Below are positions 13,748 to 26,604 of a DNA stretch of 64,000 nt, in pieces. A program made the position numbers and the translations under genes. The stretch covers positions 16,802,001-16,866,000 of the forward strand of contig OX597828.1 in assembly GCA_951406725.2 (NCBI GenBank). Direction: 5' to 3'. The stretch's first letter is position 1; every line of letters begins with the position of its first letter. This DNA comes from Octopus vulgaris. Taxonomy: Eukaryota. The notes beneath the pieces are model-generated. The model saw nothing but the letters and a program-made list of their open reading frames with translations, did no database searches and had not been told where the DNA came from.

Positions 13748-14059
13748 GAATGTGCGTGACATAGTGGTTAGGGTCTTTGGATTACTATCGGAAGGTCGTG
13801 AGTTCAATTTCCTGTGGCGCGGAAGACACTTTATTTCACGTTGCTCCAGTTCACTCAGCAGGCAAAAAATAGGAGTTGTATCTGTAATTAAAAAGGCCAG
13901 CCTTGTCACATTCTTCTCACGGTGAATCTCGCTGAGTACCACGTTAAGAGTACGCGTGTCTTTGGAGTACTAAGCTACTTGCACGTTTATTTCACGAGGA
14001 GGCTATTCGGTTGATGGGATCAACTCGAATCCTTGTCGTCGTAACTGACGGAGTGCCAG
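13748..14059 (+). mobile_element. SINE family C
   Basis: TAGTGGTTAGGG..GTGAGTTCAATT..AGACACTTTATTTCACGTTGCTCCAG..GTCGTCGTAACTGACGGAGTGCC. Confidence 0.85.
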
Positions 14060-15717
14060 TTAAGCTAAGTGAAATGTTAGAACTTGATCGTGTACGCTTA
14101 GATATACTCGGAAATATGATACGCCGGTCAAAGCTGGAAAATTTAGAATTATTGTCTTTGATCAAGGGTGTCAGGTGGACGTGATAAGTAACAACAATAA
14201 CGAGAATAACAAGAACAAGTTAGCGAATAAAGGGAGCAACGTTATGAAAATGTTAACATTGTGAGAAAAGCTTTCCGTAGTCAAATATACGTAGGTAGAA
14301 TATAAAGAAGGCTTTAAAATGCGTAGAAAGACATTGAATTTGATGGCAATCGTGGTTGTGTTTGGAGACGTACAAGACGTGTGATTTCAGTTAGATGATA
14401 GTCACAAAAGTAGGTAGTGCGAGAGGGGTAAAGAAAGGGAGATAGACAGAAGAAATGGATATAAGAGAAAAATGAAGATTAAAACAATATTTTGTCAAGA
14501 ATTATTACGGATAAAATCAGTAACAGTGGATTAGTATGGACATTTACAAACGCGGTACATAATATATATGTATATATATCTTAACTCAAGTATTACGTAC
14601 ATTTGTATCTGGATTGTATGTTAAGGATTTTACAGCAATGATTTTTCTAATATAAAGTGACGTGCGATAACTGATTTTTGTTATTCGTATTCAATATTTT
14701 ATGAATTTTGCGGTTGTAGATCATAATGTGTTTCCTTATTTGGATAACTTGTGTTTGAGAAACTTTATCATAAATTCGCCAGCAACAATTGAAAATGAAA
14801 AGAAAATTGGCAGTATTTTGTCATACATCGGTTTAACAGAAAACATATTTGAGGATTGATTATACCAGCATATGAATCCTTTCAAATTCCATCACAGATA
14901 TATTCCAGCAATGTAGGCTAAAATTGAAAAGGACTGACTTTACATAAATTTCATGGTATATATTTGAGAAAGCCACTTCATAAAGTAAAGATTCAAAATG
15001 TTGCAGCTATCTTTTTGCTGAGAACTACCATATCACAAATCGCGATACATGAATATGAAACAAACACAAAGCTAGCATCGACTTGCAAACTCAGTGCGAC
15101 TTTTTTACTGTCGCTTATCAGTACATCACTCAGGGCACCACTAATGTGAGAACCATGTGAGAACCGCCATTCATGAATTTTGCTTTTACGACTACAACTG
15201 AAGAATACGAAAAATGCTGTGTCTGTATACTGAATACTAATGCGATACCAAATTACAGAGAATAAGTCACATGATCAGCTGAAAATCATATATATATATG
15301 GTTATTATATTTAGTTATAATATCATTTTTAATAATCTTAAATTTTATCTTTATACAATACAACAATATTGTTTATATACAATCATCCATAGTAGCAATG
15401 ATAATTTCCTCTGTATTAACGTCATAGCTTTTATTAGCGTCTTACCCCTATAACTGGTAATTAACATCTTGATTTGAGGTCTTCCCCTACCCAGCCTCCT
15501 TTATAGACAGTTACGTTATACTAATCTTGATAATATTTATGACCATACTCAGCTATGTGCTGTCAACTCACTCCTGCCCTCCATTCTAAACAAACACAAT
15601 CTTCTAGTCTTAGATTTGGTAGTTGATAAAAAGACTTATAAATTAAATATGAACCTCAATCCTTTATAAGCTATGACCTCAACAACCCTCATACAGTTCT
15701 TAGAAGTGTAGGATATT

Positions 15718-16129
15718 CTGGATGGCAGTCTCTTCAATCTACAGCGCCTCCAAGTCCACACCAAGATCCAGGAGAGGTTGATTCGAGACCTTCTCTTCGG
15801 AGACGACGCTGTTCTTGTCGCCCACACAGATAGAGCTCTGCAGCGCATCACGTTCTGCATTGCAGACGCCTCGCAGCCTCAAGAAGACGGAAGTGCTTCA
15901 CTTACCTACACCCCAAGAAGAATACCGCCCACCCCACATCACTATCTGCGGTACCGAACTGAAATCAATACAGCAGTTTACATATCTGGGCTGCATCATC
16001 TCATCCGATGCAAGGATCGACAAGGAAACTAACAATAGACTTTCTAAGGCAAATAGCTCCTTTGGCAGATTGTACAAACGTGTTTGGCACAATGGTGGCC
16101 TGAAGAACAAAACAAAGATCAGTGTCTAC
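15718..16129 (+). pseudogene. RTE-clade LINE reverse transcriptase fragment
   Basis: [29 protein letters not shown] (FADD-like motif), frameshift, then [50 protein letters not shown]; typical RTE motifs; truncated by (TA)n. Confidence 0.9.
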
Positions 16130-16148
16130 ATATATATATATGTGTGTG

Positions 16149-16191
<43 letters not shown>

Positions 16192-16194
16192 ATG

Positions 16195-16256
<62 letters not shown>

Positions 16257-16318
16257 TAAATGAGACAACAAAATCAAGTCTGTGTGAAATTTATAGGACA
16301 TTCATAAACAGATAGTTT

Positions 16319-16358
16319 TACAGCTGTTTCTGGGACATTAGGGATATCCCTTCATCAG
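16319..16358 (-). ncRNA. Hammerhead-ribozyme core in a probable PLE terminal-repeat fragment (stem I not evident)
   Basis: Minus: CTGATGA-A-GGGATA(TCCCTAA)TGTCCC-A-GAAA-CAGCTG-TA; palindromic stem III ACAGCTGT; GUA triplet. Confidence 0.55.
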
Positions 16359-16593
16359 GGCAGGGACGATATGGCAGGGTTAACTAGGGGGAAATAGTAG
16401 AGTTCAATATTTGGAGTTATTTTGGAAAAAGATGGATATAGGAAGTATAGATGGAAGTAAGAAAATAAAAATAAAAATAAAAATATATGTAGGATGTTAC
16501 AATTGCAGTTCCAGAATCCAAGGAAAGTGCTGTGTAGAATGTGTAGAAATGCTTCTTGCCCATAGTATGTATAACCTGAGAGGAGTTCATTCA

Positions 16594-16858
16594 AAATGGC
16601 CCAGTGGTTAGGGCAGCGGACGCGCGGTCGTAGGATCGCGGTTTTGATTCCCAGCCCGGGCGTTGTGAGTGTTTGTTGAGCGAAAACACTTAAAGCTGTA
16701 CGAGGCTCCGGCAGGGGGTGCTGGCGATCCCTTCTGTACTCTTTCGCCAGAACTGTCGCTCACTCTTTGTTCTGTTGGCCTGCTCGCTTAGCCAGCGGGG
16801 TGGCGTCACTTGAAGGCTAAAACAATGCGAAGCCTGGTCGGTCACAGTGATCACAGTG

Positions 16859-16860
<2 letters not shown>
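16594..16860 (+). mobile_element. SINE family D
   Basis: TGGCCCAGTGGTTAGGGCAGCGG..GTTTTGATTCCC..GAGCGAAAACAC..GAAGGCTAAAACAATGCGA; tail TCACAGTGATCACAGTGA. Confidence 0.85.
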
Positions 16861-16904
<44 letters not shown>

Positions 16905-16906
<2 letters not shown>

Positions 16907-17204
16907 TAAATGTTATTTGCTAACATGATGTGGCTGTCCTGGAAGGCACGATTGTTACTGCTGTTTAGCCTTAGCCTTTGGAAACATCGTTTCCAGCTAT
17001 CTGTGTCCTTGTATTTTCGAACAGGGAGTTCAGCACTCCAATCCAGCACATAATGGATGGGAGTGCTGGACTCCCCGTTAGAAAATATAAGGACACAGAT
17101 ATTGTGTCGTATAGCCAGTAAGAAACGATGCTTCCTGGGGCTAAACAATAGTAACAATCGTCTCTTTCAGGACAGCCACATTATGTTGGCAAATAGCTTT
17201 TACT
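16905..17204. repeat. ~300-bp fold-back palindrome (MITE-like or hairpin RNA)
   Basis: Left arm 16905-17045 pairs with right arm 17054-17204 around an 8-nt loop GCACATAA, with one internal asymmetric region. Confidence 0.9.
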
Positions 17205-17262
17205 TTAAAGAACTGTTACTGAATATCACTCTTTGAGAGATTTAGAAATAATGTTTCTATTT

Positions 17263-17334
<72 letters not shown>

Positions 17335-17335
17335 C

Positions 17336-17368
<33 letters not shown>

Positions 17369-17426
17369 AGTGTGTGTGAGTGTGTGTGAGTGTGTGTGTG
17401 TGAGTGTGTGTGTGTGTATACATATA

Positions 17427-17782
17427 TAAATCCTTAAATCCTTTTCAGCCCGAAAGCTGCGGTCATGCTGGTGAACCACCGTTGATTGTGCTACACTAGC
17501 ATGTGAAAGCCCCTCTGATACGAGGCACTTGGTCAACGAAGGGGTTCGACGCCGCTGCCCACGTCTGTATTTTCTGCCGAGCGGTAGGTTCATCTGGAAC
17601 CCCTGAGAAGAAGAGATCGAGTTTAGGTTTAAAGAAACCCACATCCACGCCGTGCAGGTCTCTCAGGCATTTAGGAAGGATATTGAAAAGCTGTGGTCCT
17701 CTCAAACCCAAGCTGATGCAGTATCTGGTCATGTATTTTTATGGCGATGTTGGGATCTTTGGGACAATGCAGTGGCGCCCCG
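17427..17782 (-). mobile_element. 3' end of a non-LTR retrotransposon (Proto2/CR1-group-like), flanked by (TA)n
   Basis: SLGLRGPQLFNILPKCLRDL..FKPKLDLFFSGVPDEP..AASN, homologous to the C-terminus of the 33657-34811 ORF; 3' UTR stem-loop and AAGGATTT repeat tail. Confidence 0.8.
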
Positions 17783-17833
<51 letters not shown>

Positions 17834-17918
17834 ATATATATATCACATATATAAATCACTCTATGAGACTCTCTGTGATTTTGTATTGAGCACGTATGCT
17901 GTTTCAATACATCCATGT

Positions 17919-17929
17919 TGAGAGAGGAG

Positions 17930-17960
<31 letters not shown>

Positions 17961-18089
17961 TGAATGAAAGAGAGAGAAATTGAGAGAATTAAAGAAAGGG
18001 AAAGGAGGGAAAGAGGAGGGAGATGTAGATATAAAATTTGCGGTATAGAGAAAAGGAGTGAAATATTTAAGGGAGACAGAGAGAGAGAA

Positions 18090-18146
<57 letters not shown>

Positions 18147-18270
18147 CAGAGAGACTGAAATTATGGTAAAGAATGATGACAAAAGGCGAGGGAGAGAAGA
18201 GAGATAAAAACACGTAGAGAGATAGATAAGGAGGGAGAGAGTGGGAAGAGGAGAAAAGTAGAAAGCATAA
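17919..18270. repeat. (GA)n and purine-rich low-complexity tract
   Basis: Direct reading. Confidence 0.9.
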
Positions 18271-21200
18271 GCGAGGGTGCAGTTGAGAAGGAAATATAGT
18301 AATTGGCATTCGTGTTGTTCAGCCAAACATCCAATATGTATTGTTTTTTGCACTTTCATTTCCGGTCGGCTTCGGTTTCGTTTATTCCGTTCACTTCCTG
18401 TCGGTTTCGTCCTATTATTTTATATTGGATCGTCTGCACTAAACAATTTTTTGCACTCTTTTGTATTTTCTTTTTCTATGTCATTTGTTTTATTCTTCTG
18501 ATATAATTTCGCCATTGTTGGCGATGGATTCGCATAAAAATTGGTCTTCGAGCGGCGAGAAATAGGTTTGTGATTAGAATTATGACTACGGCTATGTATA
18601 CACGTATGTTTATTCGTTTATGAGTTCGTCTGTATGTGTGTTTTTTGCTTTATTTTAGTTGCAAAGTTATTTAAGAAATAAAGAAATAAAAGTGTATAAG
18701 ATTGTAAAGCTGTTAAATAAAAATATGTAATATATAAATATTTCTCTGACATATTTCCAATTATTTACAAAATCTATTAAATATTTACGATAATTTAAAT
18801 TTATGTAAAACACAAAATAAATATCTAGAGAAAAATTATAACGGTATAAAAGTATTTAAAATATTTTATTATTTATGCTACGCTGTATCTGTAATTTCAT
18901 TTTATTATATATCTTTTCTTATTTTATTTGAACACTATAAAATTTATCACATTTATATACTTGTAACAAATATTAGTAAGCAGATTGAGAGAAAGAGAGA
19001 GAGAGAGAGAGAGAAAAAAAATCTATAAAAATGCAGTTCGTCTATTATTGGTTTTACTCTGACAAGGCATGTAAACCTATATTTAAAGGAAGGAAATAGA
19101 AAATGTGGCGTTTCCAGCCTTTCCTAAGGATATTAGTCATGTAAATAAATAAAATGAAATTGCTTTAGTTGGAGACTGACTATTTGCTGCAGTCTCAGCT
19201 CTCTAGCAATGTATTTCTCCATCCATTTATGGTGCTTGCAATTCCTGTTTTATTACTTTCTCTGGTTTTAGTTATTGGACAGCATCGTGTGGAGACTCTT
19301 AGCCTAGGTGTTACCTGAATTTCACGAGCGGAGTTTCGATTCTTGGATCATGCAATTCGTTTTATTCTTGAGCATAAACCTTCTTTTCACGTTGCTTTTG
19401 TGCAATCAGCTCTGAGTAAGTTCCAGCTGGGAAGTTAGCTCTGTAATGGACTGGCGGTCAGTTCAGTGGCGCAGTGTTGTAATCTCTGTCATTTAAGCGC
19501 CATGGAAATCAAGTTAAGCTCCGGACTCATTGACTTCTAAGGTTCAAGAGAGACTTATGTCTAACGCATGCTAAGTCTTAGCCTTCAAAAATTTTAGACG
19601 ATTATATCTACACTCAATACGAATCTTGTGACCAAATATTGAACGGATTTGACTCACATTCGCTGTACTATGGTTTTGATCGATCCTTCGACCAGGAGGT
19701 ATGCTATAGTCTTGAATAAGATACTTCCTTTCCTGTAGCTTCAGTCTCCTTAAATGAAATTAAATGCCAGCAACAGAAGCAGTTGTGAGTTATCTTGCTA
19801 CTGACTCACCGGCCGTTCCAGGCGGATGTATTGAATACTTAGTGGTTGGGAAACCTGACAAACTAGGCTAGAATCTCTCTAATAAGCCTGTAAACGCGCG
19901 GCACAATTTGTGTATCCTCTAAACTTCAAGGTGTTGGATTAACAATCTTACGAGCGAGAGTTCGATTTCCTAATCTGGTAGCGACTTATAATCTATGGTC
20001 TTCAGCAAGGTATTTCATGCCATGAAGCTCCTGGCCACTCAGTTAAAAATAAGAATCATCATCAGCAACAGATGGGATAGGGTTACATTTAAATTGGACT
20101 GACGCCCCTTTCAGAGAGGGCATCTTGGGTGTTTCATTTAGTTCTTCAACACTCCACAAACTAGGATAACGTCTGGCCAATGAACCTCTTCATTCTAGAC
20201 AGATTTAACTTCTGAAGGTTTTTACTACTTATTTCCTCATTATAGTAATATACAAAATATAAGGTGAGCACCGGCATAAATGGTGATAAATCGGTACATT
20301 TGAGTTGAGATATCTTACGCAATTTTGAATCACGTCGGAGAGCATTTGTGCTATGACATTATGTGATATATAATGATGTTATACTCTTAACCGATTGCTT
20401 GTTCCAGACATTGGTCTACAGATACGATGGGGCACTGTCTTGGGGGGTTCCTTGAACAGTTCAACTCCCTGCCCCAGTACTTACTCTCCCGTTTGATAAT
20501 TATTGTATCAACTTATTTTTCGCAGCGTTAACTTACGAATAAGTAAACAAATCAACAAGTGTTGTCACAAACACAGACATATATACGCATAATAATCTAC
20601 TGTGACATCATGTGACCCTCCTTGACCAATTGCAACCAATCTCCTGGTAGTCACCTTCGACTTTCGGTACCCTCTCTGTTCATTCGGTTATTCCACACGC
20701 CTAAGGAGACAGGCTTCGTTAGGGGCCTGCGAATCAGAATCAAACTGTTTTGAATCATACGCACACACATATAGACACGGTGGGCTTTCACACAGTTTAA
20801 CTCACAATGCATTGGTCGGTCAGGAGCTATTGCATAAAACACTGGACCAAGGTACCACATCGGGGCACCGAAACCGAAACATGCGGTTGCAAAGTGATAA
20901 TTCTTCACCTCGCAGATATATTATAGTATAGAATTAGCCCATGAAGTTACAGTGTTAGAAATACACTTCCTGAAAAAAATTAAACAACAAATATCAGAAG
21001 AAAAAGAAACAACAAATAAGCAAAAAAAAAAAAGGCAAGAAACAAAACAAAAAGAAAAATGAAACACAGCAGAACAAATCAAAATCAAAACAAAATGTCG
21101 AAGCAATTTGAATTCTAGATGTAAAAAGAAAAAATCTTTGCTTTATTATCGTTTGTAGGTCATTGTCCCAATCCCTGGAGCGCGGCTATGCTGCTATTCC

Positions 21201-21432
21201 TACTTCACGATTTTTTGGGGGTTTTATTCAAACCAATTTGTCACTGTATCTATTTTTGAAAGCATGATATTTATTTTGTCGATATCTTATGCCGAGCGTT
21301 ACGTTACGGACGTACAGAGGCTAACACCGGTTGTGAAGAGGTGCACGGTTAAAACAAAGGTAAAAAATACGGTCATTGATATATAGATATATGCATATGC
21401 ATGTATGTATATGCATCTCTCCCCCCTCTGTC

Positions 21433-21470
<38 letters not shown>

Positions 21471-21474
<4 letters not shown>

Positions 21475-21690
21475 ATCCAAACAAGAAAACACAGAAAAAA
21501 GGGAAAAAAAAGAAAAAAACACAGCAACGCAGGACGGGGAACAATTAAAGTATTATTGACGCTCAGGAAAGAAGGGAAGGAGGGTTTAACGTTTCGAGCG
21601 GAGCTCTTCGTCGGAATCAAGGAGAAGGAAAGATCCCAAGGAGGGAAGACAGAGGAGACAATATTTGAGCTGGTGGTGCTTAAGAGATCA
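21471..21690 (-). mobile_element. Short PLE-like terminal-repeat fragment with minimal hammerhead variant
   Basis: Minus: CCGACGA-A-GAGC-TCC-GCTC-GAAACGTT at 21588-21614; homologous to 56068-56272; flanked by (TA)n. Confidence 0.7.
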
Positions 21691-21922
21691 CATATATATT
21701 ATATTAAATTAGAGATTCCTACTTCACGATTTTTTTTGGTTTTATTCAAACCAATTGGTCACTGTATCGAATTTTGAAAGCATGATATTTATTTTGTCGA
21801 TCTCTTATGCCGAGCGTTAAGTTACGGACGTACAGAGACTATATATATATATTAAGAGAGAGGGGGAGAGATGCATATACATACATGCATATGCATATAT
21901 CTATATATCAATGACCGTATTT

Positions 21923-21953
<31 letters not shown>

Positions 21954-22949
21954 TCATGTTATGACATGGTCTGAGTTTCACGTCTTTTATTATTGAAACT
22001 TATGAACGTTACAAAATCTTATTTTTAATGTTTAACATACTTCAATATTGTAAAAAAATCTTTTTAAATACAATAATAAAAAAAATGTGTAAAACCAGTC
22101 CATGTCGTAACTTTATTCAAGTGATATGCATATGTGTGTGTGTGTGTGTGAGTGTGTTTATGTATGTGCGGCGGACTTCTTAAGACTTCTTAAGGGTGTA
22201 GTAGAGGACACTTGCTCTGGTTGCCACGTAGATCATATGATTGCGAACCAATCTTCTTAACTGACAGCCACGCCCACACCTTTTATCTTTTCAGTTTTTT
22301 TACCCGCTATTTTATAACTTCTCTCAAGAGCACTTTTCTAGATTAAGTATGTTATTAGCGGCTTAACAACCATGCTAGAAGTTTGGAGAGTCCACCTATT
22401 TCTGAAGACTATCTTTAGCTATATTTTAAGTTCCCCTCTGTTAGTTTGTTCAGTTCATTTAATCAATGTAGTATGCTTATCTCCCCTGCTTTTCAGGTAT
22501 AGTTTTCATTAATTAAAGTTATCGTGTTCCTTAGATTAAGTGTGTTATCTCTTAATTAATCCTGTTAATACCTTTCGTTAACAGAAGATCGTCACAGTTT
22601 CCCATACTCTACGCTCTCTAATACATTGGGGTTTTCCTCTGTGTTAAAGGAAAAAGGCAATTTATTCAAACCTGATATATTTTCACTGAATACGAAACAA
22701 GTATTTTCTGGCAGAATACATACGGTCGATTTTATCAACCCATGTTTATTACTGGTATGTATTTGATTTGATTCTAACGGGAGAAAACGGAAATTCAGAA
22801 CATAAGCTTTCAAAGTAGTTACACCAAATGTTTTGATCGTTGTGTTAACCACAGCTTCAGTGCTCTTTGGCATTTATTTCTTTGTATTAAAGCTACGAAA
22901 GGGGATGAGCAGTTAGGATCGTTTGAGCACCGGAAAAAAAATGTAAAAG

Positions 22950-23085
22950 TAATAAATGCGCCCTTTTAAAGCCTAGCCAGGCTCATGGGCCCGGTTTCCC
23001 GATTTCTATGGCGTATGTGCTCCCCAGCTGGACAGGACGCCAGTCCATCGCAGCGTTACTCATTTTTGCTGAGTGGACTGGAGCA
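22950..23085 (-). mobile_element. SINE family E, 3' part
   Basis: Reverse complement of the 38160-38320 tail (TGCGATGGACTGGCGTCC..GAAACCGGGCCCATGAGCCTGGCTAGGCTTTAAAA); sits in a degenerate family B copy. Confidence 0.8.
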
Positions 23086-23568
23086 AAAAAAATGTGCTTT
23101 GCGGTATTTCGTTCTGCTTTTAAAATATAAATTCAAAATCTGCTAAAGTTAAATTTATCTTTCATCATTTCGGGGTCGAAGAAATAGGGGGCAGTTCAGT
23201 ACTGAGGTGGATCGATTTCCTCTTTCCACGAAAAATCGGCTGGCCTTCTACTAATATTTGAAACTGTTTAAATCATTATTCTGCTTAAGAAAGGCAATGA
23301 GGAAACAAAATAGTTAAAGCACCTGAACAAGTATTCCGTAAATTATCCCGGTCGCTTCTGATCCGCATTTAAATTCCTCTGAGAGTTAGTTTTGCCTTTC
23401 ATCTTTTCGCAAAGTACTGGGGATATTTTTGGTTATAAATTAATCCCTTCCCTTCAAGGTAGGAAGTGATTATTATTCGGTCATGGATTAACAACATCAT
23501 TGGAGCGTCAGAAAGAATAATTGCACTATTCATCCCCTTCTTTAAATTCTGGGTAAAAATTCCCACTT

Positions 23569-23845
23569 CCGTGGTTTAGTGGTTGGGGCATTCGGCTCTC
23601 TGTCTTAAGGCTAGGTGTTCGATACTCGGAAGCACATTGTGTTCTTGAGCACCATGCATATTTCACGTTCTTCCAGTCCATTCAGCTGGTAAAAATCAGT
23701 AATTCAAAGGGGAAGCCTTGTCACATTCTGTGTCACGCTGAATCTCCTTGAAAACTATGAAATGGGTAAGCGTGTCTGTGGAGTACTTGCAAGTTAATTC
23801 CACGACCAGTCTGTTCCGTTTATCGGATCAACTGAAACCTTCATT
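23569..23845 (+). mobile_element. SINE family C
   Basis: TTAGTGGTTGGGGCATTCGGCTC..GTTCGATA..GTTCTTGAGCA..GCCTTGTCACATTCTGTGTCACGCTGAA. Confidence 0.8.
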
Positions 23846-23996
23846 GAGGTCACACTTTAGAATGTCACTTGCTTTTGTTTTCAGATTTCTTCGACTTTTC
23901 TCTCTGTGTGATCAATAAGATCAAGTTCTAATCCAGAACAACTGTGAGAACTGTCAGCTAACACCCTCCCTTCAAAACTACCGGCTTTCTGCTTTC

Positions 23997-24338
23997 TACT
24001 CTTTTACTTGTTTCAGTCATTTGACTGCTGCCATGCTGGAGCACCGTCTTTAGTCGAGCAAATCGACCCCAGGACTTATTCTTTGTAAGCCTAGTACTTA
24101 TTCTATCGGTCTCTTTTGCCGAATCGCTAAGTTACGGGGACGTAAACATACCAGCATCGGTTGTCAAGCGATGTTGGGGGGACAAACACAAACATACACA
24201 CAAACATATGCACACACATACATATATATATATACATATATACGACGGGCTTCTTTCAGTTTCCGTCTACCAAATCCACTCACAAGGCATTGGTCGGCCC
24301 GAGGTTATACTAGAAGACAGTTGCCCAAGGTGCCACGC
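23997..24338 (-). mobile_element. SINE family A, 5'-truncated
   Basis: Family A body and tail. Confidence 0.9.
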
Positions 24339-24365
24339 AAAAAAAAAAAAGCAGCATTGATAATC

Positions 24366-24988
24366 CTTTTCTACTCTAGGCACAAGGCCCGAAAATTTTG
24401 GCGGAGGGAGCCAGTCGATTATTAAATCGACACCAGTACGCAACTGGTACATAATTTATCGACCCAAAAGGATGAAAGGCAAAGTCGAATTCGGCGGAAT
24501 TTCAACTCAGAACGTAATGGCAGACGTAAAGGCGTGCTAACGTTTCTTTTTTCTTTATTGCCCACAAGGGGCTAAACATAGAGGGGGCAAACAAGGACAG
24601 ACAAGGGGATTAAGTCGATTACATCGACTCCAGTTCGTAACTGGTACTTAATTTATCGCCGCCGAAAGGATGAAAGGCAAAGTCGACCTCGGTGGAATTT
24701 GAACTTAGAACGTAACGGCAGACAAAATACGGCAGACAAAGACAGCGGAAATGCCTATTTCTTTACTACCCACAAGGGGCTAAACACAGCAGGGACGAAC
24801 AAGGACAGACAAACAGATTAAGTCGATTATATCGACTCCAGTTCGTAACTGGTACTTAATTTATCGACCCCGAAACGATGAAAGGCCAAGTCGACCTCGG
24901 CGGAATTTGAACTTAGAACGTAACGGCAGACAAAATACGGCTACGCATTTTGCCCGGCGTGCTAACGCTTCTTCGAGCTCACCGCCTT
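24366..24988 (-). mobile_element. Tandem triple array of SINE family B
   Basis: Three consecutive ACTGGTAC.TAATTTATCG..GATGAAAGGC.AAGTCGA..GGAATTT.AACT.AGAACGTAA.GGCAGAC units. Confidence 0.9.
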
Positions 24989-25264
24989 AAAAGCAGTGAT
25001 AATCAGCAATGTTAGACCATTAGCCAAAATGTCTTTCTGTGGTTAGTTTTGTAACTATATCTGCCGGGTTCGAAATCATCAATTTCCATCAATAAAGTAA
25101 GTAAACTCGGGTGCAGTTACTACTACAACTCCTGCTCCTGCCTAGAAATTTTTTGTCTTCGTCTTAGCGGCACTGAAATAAATTATATTTAATTTGCGCT
25201 AAATTCTGAATGAAAGTCAAGATCAACAACTTGGCATGTTCAGGGATGAGGAGGGTTGGATAGC

Positions 25265-25317
25265 TACAACTGCTGCTGTTACTAATACTACTACTACTGC
25301 AGCTGTTGCTGCTGCTG

Positions 25318-25351
<34 letters not shown>

Positions 25352-25352
25352 A

Positions 25353-25406
<54 letters not shown>

Positions 25407-25452
25407 GCTACTACTACTACTACTACAACTGCTGCTGCTGTAACTGCTGCTG

Positions 25453-25496
<44 letters not shown>

Positions 25497-25511
25497 GCAG
25501 CTGCTGCTGCA

Positions 25512-25594
<83 letters not shown>

Positions 25595-25652
25595 AACAAC
25601 TGCTGCTGCTGTAACTGCTGCTGCTGCTACTACTACTACAACTACTACTACT
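25265..25652. repeat. (ACT)n/(GCT)n trinucleotide repeat
   Basis: Direct reading; explains the poly-T/A and poly-V ORFs. Confidence 0.95.
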
Positions 25653-26182
25653 TTAGATAGACATGCACAATTTAACCCACTCTTTGCCTCTTCTGAAATC
25701 TATCGCTTTGTGTCTGTTAAGAAACCAATACATTCTCTCTGTCTGTCTGTCTGTCTGTCTCTCTTTCTCTTTCTCTCTCGCTGTCTCCTTAGTAAACTGA
25801 AGATATATAAGCTGTAATTTTGTAGAAAATATCCCGGTGTTATAACTAAATATTGATTATATCTTTGCGTATCCTATTGTTATTGTTTTAAGTATAATTT
25901 ATTTAATTACTTCTTAATTGTAAAATATCATTTCTAAATTAGTTACGTGATAAATCGCATTTTGGTTTCGTTGTATTTGTTTGTTGTTCGTTTTTTTTTT
26001 TTAATATATGGCGTGGAAAATATTTGAAAGAAAATATTATTAAAGCTGACTAACACGGATATAATTATTGATAACATTAACACAAGTAACGAACCAAAGA
26101 TTGATGATGCCTCTACACGCTCTCTCAAAGTGCTAGAAATAGCAAGCAAAGTTTTCTTAAATTGCATAAATGAAAAATAAAG

Positions 26183-26528
26183 ACCTCTCCTTCGGTCATG
26201 AATGCCCATAGGATTGCACTTAGAAAGTTCTCCCCCGAGGCGTAGGTCCGGGCATAGTTGTTTATGGAAGGCCAGCAGTCACCCATGCTTAGCAGCCTCC
26301 ACTGTCCACACCGCCGATGTTATCCAAGAGAAAGGCAAAGGCCGACAGAGCTTGGCAGCCGAGATATCGCAAATCATTTCTACAGCTGAGTGAACTGGAG
26401 CAACGTGAAATATAGTGTCTTGCTCAAGAACACAACACAATACAACACACAACCCTGTCCGGGAATTGAACTCACTACCTCACGATTGTGAGCCCGATGC
26501 TCTAACCATTGAGCCGTTCGGCTTCACA
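26183..26528 (-). mobile_element. SINE family F (family C-type head with a different tail)
   Basis: Shares GCTGAGTGAACTGGAGCAACGTGAAA..GTGTCTTGCTCAAG..GGGAATTGAACTCAC with family C; 3' half unrelated to the C and E tails. Confidence 0.7.
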
Positions 26529-26604
26529 AATTACTATATGGATTAAAGAAGGTCAGATTGAATAAAATTGCATTAAAAATATAAGTTGGTCAGAGATCCA
26601 GCGC

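Noticed and set aside
20701-20735. CTAAGGA-GACAGGCTTC-GTTA-GGGGCCTGC-GAAT hammerhead-like motif
   Set aside because: Good hairpin but both core strands are mutated.
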